From Setoptus koraiensis (taxonomy: Eukaryota > Animalia > Arthropoda), in assembly GCA_048013815.1 (NCBI GenBank), contig CM106586.1, positions 9,858,001 through 9,922,000 on the forward strand: a stretch of 64,000 bases of DNA, in the 5' to 3' direction. Below the pieces are notes generated by a model. The model was not told the origin of the DNA. It saw nothing but the letters and a program-made list of their open reading frames with translations, and made no database searches. Shown one piece after another: positions 51,931-63,665 of this stretch (position 1 is the stretch's first letter; the number at the start of each line of letters is the position of its first letter). Both the position numbers and the translations under genes were made by a program.

Positions 51931-54308
51931 CGTCCAAGTCGAACGCAAGTGCGCGTCGCTTCGAGGCCGCTCCGAACCGAAGCCGAAGCGAAGCCGAAGT
52001 CGGGCAGTCGCACCGTTCGCCGCCGTCCGCGACTCGCAGCCGGCTAATGGTGGCGCTGGTCGTGACAAATAGTGACACTCAATTGATTTAAATTGATAAA
52101 CAATTTACATTGTACTTGTTACTGTTGCCACTGGGCCGGCCGCTCGCGGCGCTGCCGTCGGTCGCTGCCGCCGTCGGTCGCTGTCGGCCGGTGGGTGTAG
52201 GTGTCGGCCGCTCGAAGCGTTCGGCGGGCGTTCGACGGGCGTCCGACGGGCGCTCGGCCGGCCCGATATCGCATAACAATGGCGCACACAAACAAATTGC
52301 GGCCGATCGTCGAGCGGGCAGAAGGCCGCTGTGCCGCGCCGCAGCCACGAAAACAAAATAAAAGAACACAACAAGTCAATGACGCAATGATTGCTTCTCT
52401 CTAACACGGTGCGGCGTTGGTCGTGGTTCTTTTATGACAGCTTGCGTCGCTGATTTGAGTTGTTTGATCAGCGCCAGTACGGCGCTCGCTGTATCATTCA
52501 GTGCGTATCAGTCATCATGCCGATTGGCACGACGGTCATGCACACAACTGGACACAACCTGTTCTCTGGCTCTCGTTCTCTGCTGGCTTCTTGCTGCCCG
52601 TTCTTCGCTGGCCGTGGGACGGCATTCGATGCAGTTGGCAGCGCAGCGCGAGCCTTCTTTTCGGCGTCGCGAGGCTTCTTTTCGAAGCTGCCCGAGACGC
52701 ACACACCGAGCGATGTTACTTTTGGCGCTGCGAGCGGCGAGCAACCGGCTCGCCGAGGCGACAAGCGCCGCCAGCGGCCTCCATAATGACACATGACGCA
52801 TCAACAAGCTAGCCAACGGCCGATTAATTTGCATACAACGTTGCGCAATGCTGCACGACGCTGCACAACGTCGCGCAATATTGCACAATATTGCACAATA
52901 CTGCACACAAACAATATTGCGCAATATTGCACCTCGGGCATTGGGTATTTATGGCGGCCCGTTGGCTCGCGGGCGGCGAGCCGCCGAGCCACGGAATTAA
53001 TCAGATGCAATATGCAAATGTCGGGCACATGATCTGTGGCGCGTCAAATGAGCGAAACGCAACTTGTGACCGATCGACACGCCGATTGATCGACACGCCG
53101 GCCGAGCCACTGATGACTTTATAACCTTTGTGCGCTCAATCGCTCGTTTTGTTTATGTTTGTGCCTATTCATGCCCATTGCTGCCCGACTGGCCACTGGC
53201 GCTGGCGTTACGTAACTGGCGCTGGCGTTACGTAACTGCCAGCGACAACAACAATAACGATAATTTATTCGCTGTTGGGCCGGCGGCCCGAGCGGAGCCC
53301 GGGCGAGCTCGCACGAGAGCGGCACCCGCGCGAGAGCATGCGGCGCTGACCGTGCCGACGACCCGCTCGTGACGTGACCGCACCGCTCCGCACCGCGCCG
53401 GGTAGCAGCACTGTGGTCGTGATTGAGTGGTTTGTGTCAAACACCGTTGCGCCGGCACAAAATATACAGTGGCCACTGTTTATGCCGCGCAGTGGATTGT
53501 TTCTGGCGCACGATATTGTTTATGTGCCACAGTGGCAGTTTGCGCAAACAGTGATCACTTGTTTATACCCTCGATGATGGCCCCACCGGCGACTTTCGGC
53601 CCGGTTTCGGCCCGGTCTCGGCCCGGGCGCCGGGGCGGGCCGGCGCGGCGCAGCCCGCCCGACAACAACAACATCCCGAGCGACCGATGTCCGGCCCGCG
53701 CACAAGCGGCGCGACTGGCGAGCGAGCGGCGCGACTGGCGAGCCCGCGTTGCGCAATCATGTTACGGTGTGAGCTCGGAGTGCCGGATATAGGAGAGTCG
53801 ACGGCCGGCAGTCACTTGCAGCGCGACTGGCGGCCGGCGCTGAAACTGGTGCACAAACTCGCGCCACCGCCGACGGGTCGGGGCGGCCGGCAGTCGGGTA
53901 CCGATGCGAGCGGCCCGAGCTGCCCGAGCGGCAAAGTTGGCAAATATAGGGCTGTTTGGTGCCAACTTCATCACTTGCCACGCAAATACAAACAAGCCAC
54001 TGCTACGGCGCTAACTGCCAACACACACACACACACACACACTTTATGCGCAGCACTTTGTGAGGCAGTTACGTAATAAAGTGTAGTTGTTGCACACTAT
54101 CGGGCACCCTTTATTTATTTGGCTGTTGTGCACTTGTCCGCTTGTGCACTTGTTATATATATACAAGTTGACACGCAAACACACGGCCACGTTGACTAAC
54201 GCGCTCGCTGGCGACTAGTCACTAGCGAAACGATTAGAACAACATATATTTCCAACTGGCTGATCCTGTTGTTGTCGTTGTTGTTGCCGTTGTTGCTGCT
54301 GTCGCTGT

Positions 54309-54339
<31 letters not shown>

Positions 54340-55419
54340 ATTGTGCTCGAATAAATCGATTAAACAACAGTTAATGGTCATGCCAGCTCGCTGCGCAGCC
54401 AGCCCGACAGCAACAACATCAATTGAGCCAGCAGCAGCAGCAGCGCCGACCAACAAGCAGATAATGTCGGCTCGTTACGTTTATTACGTAACAAACAAGC
54501 CAAAGTGTGTGTTACCTAACCGACGACTAAACCCACCACTCAACCGACGGCCGCCGCGCCACTCGGGCCGGCCGCACATATTATTAGCCGCCTATTACAC
54601 ATGAATGTGTTATAGGCGCGCTGGCTCGCCGTCTGGCCCGCTGTCTGGCCCGCTGTCTCGACGCACGAGACGTAACGTGTCGGTACCCGACGGGCCGCCC
54701 GACGGTCAGCGGCCGCCCGACGGTCAGCGGATCGCCCGACGGCCGGCGGATCGCCCACGGGCGCTCAGAGCCCGGGCGCACTGACAATTAGAGAAGGTGA
54801 ATGGAATTGTTTGTGGTGTTAAATGGCGCGTAACATTAATTGCGACGCACACACCGACGCGACACAAAGAGCGCACGACATTGATGGCCACCGACAACAA
54901 CAAAGGGGGGCCATTCCTCTTCTTATCTGGCCGTCGCTGTTGGCTTTTTTGTCGCAGCGGTCGTTGTTGTCGTTGTTGTTGTCGTTGTCGTTGTTGTCGT
55001 TGTTGGCTACGCCGCTCAACAGCGGCTGTCGTTGTTGGCGCTGTTATGTAACTGATAGTGATAGCGCTGTCAGTTGTCAGTTGTCAGTAGCCAGTTGTCA
55101 GTTGTCAGTTGCTAGTTGTTAGCTGTTAGCTGTTGGTTGTTTATGCCATCTCTATGCTCGTCTATGTGCGCCTGCCTGCCTGTTTGTTGTGTCTATTTGT
55201 TGTGTATTCAATTGCGCAACCACCATTAGCCAAGACAAATAATCATATTGAATAGACATGGCAATAGTGGCGCAATGTCAATGGATTGTTTTCATGAGCC
55301 CCATTAGGCCATTATTTGTTTACGGCCATTCGCCTTTAGTTTCAATTTATGCCACTGGCTCTATTATAGTTGCATGGAGTAGATAAATTGTCCATCAACC
55401 TGATACAATCGCTACAATA

Positions 55420-55540
55420 CTATCACTTGATACTATCACTTGATACTATCTGATACTATCAGCCTGATAGTAGCAGATAATATCAGATAATATCGGATAG
55501 TATCAGATAGTATCAGATAGTATCAAGTGCACAACAAGTG
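55420..55540. promoter_or_regulatory. GATA + NK2/Tinman site cluster forming a 24-bp perfect inverted repeat
   Basis: Nine WGATAR and three TCAAGTG/CACTTGA in about 110 bp; arms 55437-60 and 55506-29 are exact reverse complements. Confidence 0.45.
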
Positions 55541-56518
55541 CAGCCAGCCAGCAGTTGGCTACTTTGCAGACTGACAACACAATTGTGCTCAGACAATTGT
55601 GACAAAAACACAACAACTTGTCTGACTCAAATTCTCTCAATTGTTACGTAATTGTTTTGTGCCATTGTAAGCGTGATGCCGCCACTGTCGCCTCAAATCG
55701 GCAACATCCAGCCACTACTGCTACTACTACTAATATTATATTACTCCAGTATAGATATAAGGCGCCTAAGTGACTCTGTCGCTGACAACAATGGCCCTCG
55801 GCCGGCCCGCCAGCCGACCAACAACGAGACCGACTAATTACCTTTTATCCGACACTCAATCAGCCGATCGGGCCGACAAACAAACACACAATGCCCACAG
55901 TCGGCACTATAATGCCAATAATGCGACACCGATAACATAATACCAATGACATAAAGCCAATAATTGTGTGGCGTGTTGTTGTGTTGTTGCTGTTGTCGTT
56001 GTTGCTGTTGTCGTTGTTGCTGTTGCTGTTGTCGTTGTTGTTGTTGTCGCGATCAACAACTCGCCCGTCGTTGTCGTCCCAACGATATCGTGTAACCAAC
56101 AGCAGAGCGCCATTCGATCAGGTGAGCCCGCTCCAGTTGTCAGTTGTGCCAGCTGACAACTGACAACTGCCAGCTGGCCGACGAAAGTCACTAAACGCGC
56201 CAACAATTGCAACAATTTGCTCTCCAAACAATCCGAGTGTCACACAGCAACAACAGCAACAACAGCAACGACAACGACGACAACGACAACAACAAGTTGT
56301 GTAATTGCGCCGCCACTGACAATCGCGGCCAATAATTATGCCATTGACAATGTGAGACCGACTGCGCGCGATCGACTGCGCGATTGCGGCCCGCCAATTG
56401 TCAGATCAATGATAAACAAACAAAATGATAAATGATCCGCAATCAGCAACCGCAATCCGCCGCTACCCGCGCTGGCCAGCGACGTCGCCAACGCTCCACT
56501 TTGCGCCCTACCCACTAC

Positions 56519-56671
56519 CCGCTGTCCGCTGTCCGCTGTCCGCTGTCCGCTGTCCGCTGTCCGCTGTCCGCTGTCCGCTGTCCGCTGTCCGCTGTCCGCT
56601 GTCCGCTGTCCGCTGGCCACCGTCCGCTGTCCGCTGTCCGCTGTCCGCTGTCCGCTGTCCGCTGTCCGCTG
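56519..56671. repeat. 7-bp minisatellite (CCGCTGT) x~22
   Basis: About 14 perfect units, one interruption (GCCACCG), then about 7 more. Confidence 0.95.
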
Positions 56672-59600
56672 GCCAGTATATCGCATCGGCTCGCTCGTTG
56701 GCCGCCCGCAATTGACCGCTGCCCGCAACCGCGGCGTGCACAGGTGAGCGGCTCACCTGTGTCACCTGTCGCGGCGCACAGCGCCGCACAGCTAACCAGT
56801 GGCAAGTTGTCGCGGCGACAGTTGCCAAAACTGGCGCAGCCTGGCTGGCTGGCGGTTGTCGGGGGCCACGCACAGACTGCTCGACAGTGCGCACAGACCG
56901 CACGACAGTGTCTACAAGCACAGTTTCTGCAAACCGGCGCGGAAACAACGCCGTGCCCATGTCACACATCACGTCATGTAACTTGTATGTGCCTGCAATT
57001 AGTCGCAACGGGCACAGTCGCACCGGCTGCGCCGTCCGCATTGGCCAGCCACAATCAATCAAGCGAGCCGCGGGCGCAGCTGCGCCCGCCGCCGAACCGG
57101 ATACGGGCGCCACAATCACACCCTCTGGCGTTAGAGCGCGGCCGAGCGCGATCCGAGCGCGATCGGAAAGCGATCCGAGGGCAAGCGATCGGAATGCGAG
57201 CGACTATTGGCGCTAATTTTGCACAGACTGTCACACTGCGGTGCCCACAATCGTTGGGTGGCGCACCACTCTGCGCGCCACCCAATGATTGATGATGGCC
57301 GCGTCCGCGGGAGGCCGCACCGGGGCGTGACAACTTATATATCTAACTATGTGCCATGTTGTGTGGGGCGCAGCGGTTCGCCTGTGCGACTGCGTAACTG
57401 CACAGTCTGTAGTGCAGACCGAAGTGGGCCACTCGAGCCGCTGATGAGCGGCCCACTCGGCAATTAGTTTGCGGGCGGCGGCGCCGGGCTGCGGGCGGCG
57501 CCGGGTTCGCCGGGGCGACATTTATTTAGCGTTCACTGTCAATTGGGTTTGTAATCTGAAATGTCAATATTGCCTCAGATTGGCGCTCTGTAAACTGTTT
57601 TCGGGCGCCCGTTGCGCGGCCCGGCGTTTTGATACAATTTGGTGTGCGCCAGCGGGCAGTTTAAAGCGACTTAAGCCGCCAGGCTGTGGCAAAACTGTTT
57701 ACTTTACAATATTTATCCGCGGATGGGGCCCGCTTCGGCGTGGGCCCCATCCGCGGCCGGCTTGCGCAAGTGGACAGCGACGGCACACGGGGCGATTGTG
57801 TGCACACAAGTGCACACAAGCGGCACAGTTTGCAAACAAGATTATATAATAAGTTTGTTTGTTTTTGGCGGCGTCACTCTGCAACGCGGCGGCGCGGCTG
57901 ACTTTAACGGGTAACGGCGCCAACGTGTCACTGCCGGCCAGTTAATGATTGTTTGTCGCACACATTACATAACCAACTTATATACACCCGAACAACAGTT
58001 TATGTGGCTCGGCTCAGATTAGCGCAGTCAACTTGCTGGCTTCGCAAGAATCAATTTCACTTGTCTCGCTCGCAATTTGCACTTGGGGCGCCCCAACGCG
58101 CCCCCCAAATCGAGCGCCAGTGGCGGTGATTTGGCGCCACCGACGGGCAAACATGCGACATAGTTCATATAACCCGCAACTTGTTTGCTTGGCCCGGCGC
58201 GCCGGCCCGCGAGCCGCCGAGGCCATTAAATGCCCGTTATGTCGACCGTTATTGCCACTGTGCACACACTGTGCATATATATTTATATACCGTAATGTGT
58301 GCCAATATAGTTGTGCGCCGTGCTGCAGCGGCTAACCGTGGTCGCGATAATCATCGGGCCGCCTGATGGCTCAATGATTCACTGCCGCGGGCCGCCCTCA
58401 CCGCGGCACGCGCTCGCCTCTAGGTGGCACGCGGGACTCGGTGACGCGCCTTGATAATGCGCGGCGCTCGAGCGGTCGGGCGGCCGGCCCGCGGCACGGG
58501 ACTCGGGACCTCGGAGCCCGCGGAGTCGGTGGAACGACAGTCGTGTAAAACAGTCTGCTGAGTGGATAATTGTTGTGACGCGGCGTGGCGCTGTGCTGTG
58601 CATACGCGGCACAACAATGGTGCGCACGAGCAAAGTTATTCATTGGGGCGCCAGGCGATGAGCCGAGATGGCCAACGATAAGCGGCAAGTCGCGCCGGAA
58701 CTAATAGTTTATTGATAGCGAACAAATTGTGCGCGCACAACGAGCACAATTTTAGCGAAGGCGTGCTCAATTGCCCGTGTGCCGGCGCACAATGCTCGTC
58801 GGGCAGGTCGAGGCGGCTTGCGGGCCCCAACGGGCCAGCTCGGGCCAACTCGGGCCAACTCGGGCCAGGGTATTTCAACAGTGTGCACGCCTTGTGCATT
58901 TTGTGTGAGCGGGGCCCCGTCACACAAAATCATGGCAACATCAATTTCGTTTGCTCTATTTGGCACATGCTGGCCGCGCGACCTCAGACTGTGACGCTCA
59001 GAGCGGACTGCTCGCGGGCCCGTTAACTCTAATAGATTGTGTGTGCCCCGATGGCGGGTCGGTCATCTATTAGATGACCACGGGCCGAAATGTGCGCGCC
59101 GCGCCGGGCCGGCGCTCGAGTGATCAGGCAAACGAGCAAACAAACGGGCCGCTCAATTGGTTGCAGCGGCGCAATTGCAGTTGCGACGGGGATAATGAGA
59201 CACATTTAACCCAGTGACAGGCCAACAAATGTTGCGAGAAATTGTTGTTGTTGCTGTTGGCGTTGTTGCTGCTTATTGGCCATCATTAAATCATGACTTC
59301 CAGTCAGGTGCACACACGCGCAAGTTTGAGTGGGCGATTTTAAAGGAAACGCGCGCGGGCGCGCGGGCCCCCAGTCTGCGGGCCGCAGGCAGTAAATCAA
59401 AGCTGCGCCGTGAGCGCCCGCTGAGGCGCCAGACGGGCCCCAAACGGGCTGAATGGGCGCAGTTGTGCGCTCAACTGGCGCTTGACGGCAAAGTCGCCAA
59501 GAGTCATCAGCGGCAAAGCCGATATGCAAATATTTGTTTGCCGCCGGTCAACTTATTACACAACAAGCGTTGTCGTGTTGGGTAATAACACAACAATGCA

Positions 59601-62600
59601 ACACCAACAACGTATACTGCTGCACACAAGTGGCGGCGCATTATTACATCACTTGTGCCTCGCTTACAAGTGATGTAACAATGTTTTACATCTGTTCTGT
59701 TTCACGGACTGTATACATTATGTAACACACACACACACATTGCGTAATATGCCGGACGCACATTGCGTAATACAACGGACACATTGCTTAATACAACGGA
59801 CACACATTGCGTAATATAACGGATATGAGGCGGACATGAGCGATGCAACAATGCGACAATATAACACGGTGCCGTCGTTGTCTCTGTCGTGCCTCTTTGG
59901 GCCCCTTACAAGTCTGACAAGTTGTTAGGGTTGGTGGGGGCGCTTCGCGTTGTTTCGCGCAGTTGCGCAACCCGTTCGCCACGACGTGCCGCCCGTGCTC
60001 GCGGTCACGTTATTATATATTATGCAACGCATTTGTCAGTTTGCACAATCGTTGTCCAGAATCGTTGTCCAGAATCGTTGTCCACAATGGTTATGGTGGC
60101 ACATTATTTGTAGCACAATGTCACAACTTGTGCCAAACAAGTTGCACCCCGACAAGTTGCACAACAACACACAGCTGACCGGACGGCCGCCAATGTCACT
60201 GTCAGCTGTTTGTTGACGTTTGTCGGTGCCGGCGCCACCGACAACAAACTGCGCTTGCGACTCTCACTTTGTCAAGTCGCCAGCGCTGACATTGCCCGAG
60301 ACAGTCGGACCGTCGCACTCGGACCGTCGGACTCGGACGGTGGCGCGACATGCAAATTTCTGACAGTTGTGCACAGCTGATTGGCACAACGAGATTGTGT
60401 CAGTGTATCGGTGCCCGGATTGCGTGCTCGGCCGCATCGCGTGCCGCTCGACTGTGCCGCTTGCTCTTGCGAATCTCAAATTGTTTGAGTCAAATCTCGA
60501 ATTGAGCCAAATATCAAATCTCAAAAATCGCGCGATATTATATCGCCGATATATTCACATTTACCGAGACACTTGATGGTCGCAAAACTGCCTTTGCGAC
60601 AATATATGATGCGACCAGTTGGCGCGGTCGCGCCACCGTCGGCTGCTGGCGGCCTCAAACTCGCCAACAACTGCAACAACCGTCGGGCCGGCCGCCCGGG
60701 CGGTTCGATTTGGCGCACTGAGCGGATCAGTTGGCCGGGCCGACGGGATCGATCGGCCGGTGTCGCTCGCGGCGCCTAGACGCCGGCCGCAGTTATCGCG
60801 CGAGCACCATATCTGCAGATATCGCGTCGCGGGTACGCGCGGGCCGGATCATCTAGCAATGACACGATACAAACGACGGGCCGGCGGAGATCGATGCGAG
60901 ACGAGAGCGCGCGATTGCAAAAGTCAACCAAACAATTGCGAGTCAATCAATTATGAGCCGATGCCCGCTGCGCTGGCGCTGTCACTTGGAAAGTGTCGTG
61001 AATACAAACAAGCCGAATTATGCAATTGCTGTGATCGGCGCACAATGGCCGCTGGTGTTGGCAACAATTGACAATTATCCGCGATCGCCAATTATCCGCG
61101 GCACGACAAACGCACGCTCGCGGCTTGTATGACATGGGCGATCGGCGCCATTGTTGCGTGATTGCGGCCGACGGCGCCACAGGCCAGTTAATCGAAAGTG
61201 ATATCTGTCATTGTTGTCATATCACATACTTATTTGTCGGCCGCATTGATGCGCTCGCGTAATTAGAGCAGCGCCAATGGCCACTTTGGCAACTCGTCGC
61301 AGCGACACTTTGCAAAACTTTCGGCCCCCACTGCTCTCACTTTCCCGGCGAACATTTTCCGCGCCGCTCGGCGCGCAAAAAGTTTGCCCGGCCGGCCCGA
61401 CGCTGCCACGCTACAGAGCCAGCAGCGGACTGCAGAGTCAGCGGCGCGACCGAACTGCAGAGTCAGGGGCGGGTGCGTGCGGAGCGCCCGAGCGGCGCTG
61501 TCCGGTCGGCGGGCAATTATGCGGGCGCTGGACATGCGAACGCGATAATCACTGGCGCTTGTTTAAAGTGGCGCGGCGCAATCAATCATCTCAAGTGACA
61601 CCATTGTGTTTGCGCAAATCACTACCGCGACCGTCGCTATCCGCGCCGGCTCGCTATCCGCGCCGGCTCGCTAAACTGCGCGCCCGTCCCGCACAACATA
61701 TCGGGCGACATCGTCACTGTTCCAGCTCGGCTCGTCTCGCCCCGTCTCGCCGGGCCGCTGTGCCACTTTGCGCGTCCCGGCGGCGCGCATGCAATTAACA
61801 TTGCGGGCTGGGGACAATCAGTGTCGTCGTCGTCGTCGTCGTTGTCGCTGTTGTTGTTGCTGCTGTCGTTGTTGCTGTCGTTGCTGTTGTCGTGTTGTTG
61901 TTGCGGGTCGAGTAAATCGAGGCCACGCCGGCCGCCCGTCGCCCCTGACAACGGGCGCGAGTGTGTCGCCGGAGCGGAATTGTCGCGGCGCGGCGGTGCC
62001 GCGGTGTCGCGGTATCACGCGGTATTATGGTATTATAGTATTATGGTATTGCGTCATCAGTAGCTGGCAACATTGCATGATTTAGTCGGTGTTTAGCGGC
62101 GTTTAGCCGGCCAGCAGATAGTCCGATTGAGTGTGTGATTACACGCAGACGACGACGATTACATCACAGCATGACATGATTACATGATTGCGAGCACGTG
62201 GCGGTCGCCGTACGTGCTGGTTGCGTCAACAGGGAACCCATTGAATAATAATGAGTGCGCTCTGATTGGCGGTTGGCCTGCGTCGCTGTTGCCGTTGTCG
62301 TTGTTGTTGTGGCTGTTGCCGTTGTTGTTGGCTCGGTTGTTGCGGCTCGGTTGTTGTTGGCTCGGTTGTCGCGGCTCGGTTGTCGGCGTTGCAACCGAGC
62401 GACAACAACATTGCAATAATGCGCTTTTGATTTGTTCATAATTAGTGTTGCCACTGGTCGAGTGCTTGACACTGGCGGACAGTTTCGAGATGAGACAAAC
62501 TGCAAAAGCGCAACCGAAACTGGCCCCAAAGTCGCCCCTCGTGACCGTTGCGCCGGCCACTGTGAGAACGCGCCCTGTTCCGGGTGCCGAAACTGTGCCA

Positions 62601-63587
62601 ACGAGTGCGCTAATGCAGTCGCTAATGCCGGCGCGCGCGCGCGCCCGCGTTGCTAAAGACGAGCCACGCCGGATAAATGGGAATCGGCCCATTACTATTG
62701 TTACGTAATAATAATTACCGCGACAACACCGCTCACACACTCGCCCCGCACAGCGCGATGCGGCCAATGCGTGTCCGTCATCGTCGCTGTCATTGTTGGC
62801 GTGGCCGGTTGTTGCTCGTCGCCGGTTGTTGCCGGTTGTTGCCGGTCGTTGCAGTTGCTGGCCGCTGTTGCTGGCGCCGGTCGCAGTCGGTTGTGGTCGG
62901 TGGTTGCCGGTGGTTGCCGGTTGTTGCCGGTGGTTGCCACATCAGTGGCGAGGGGCGCACCAACAGAGCAGAGCAAATTAGTTACATCACACAGTGCGAG
63001 TCCTCCCAAGACAAATCGTGTGAATGGCGAGAATTCTCTCAGGCCGGCCGGCGTGTCAGTGGCCGTAGCCATGGCAGTGCAACAACGGCAACAACTGCAA
63101 CGACAACAGCAACAACAACGCCAACAACGCCAACCACTGCAGCAACAACAACAACAACAACAACTGCAACAACGACAACTGCGAAATTAACAACGGCGAC
63201 ACAAATCAAGTGAACCCGACAAGAGGCAAGTTGTTGCCACTTGCCACTTCTGCGCGCCAATTTGTCACGCGCGCTGCCGGCCGGCGCGGCGCGGACCGGC
63301 GGCACAGCAGTCCATTATTGGGGCCTCTGACGTAATTGTGAGCCAGCTCGGACACGCACACTGTCCGTTCGGCGGGCGCGCTTTTGTGCAACACTGACCA
63401 AGATTGCGCAACAGCGCGGCACAATCTTGCGAGTCACACGACGGTCGGGCACAGCGCAGCGTGATCAAGTTGCGATAATCAGTTTGTCACCGTGCCGCAA
63501 CAAGGAATTTATCAGAGTATTTCCCGCGCCAAACATGGCACAAATACCGCACAAATATCGGGTGGCCAGCAAAATTGTGCACACATA

Positions 63588-63665
63588 TATCGATACATAT
63601 CAATGTATATCGATAGATATCAATGTATATCGATGTATATCGACATGTATCGATGTGCATCGATC
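63588..63665. repeat. 10-bp array of TATCGAT/DRE-like units x8
   Basis: Perfect TATCGATA at 63588 and 63608; variants every 10 bp. Confidence 0.85.

Noticed and set aside
25951-56671. Regular arrays as possible CRISPR
   Set aside because: Head-to-tail units with no unique spacers, no cas genes, and a eukaryotic intron-containing locus.
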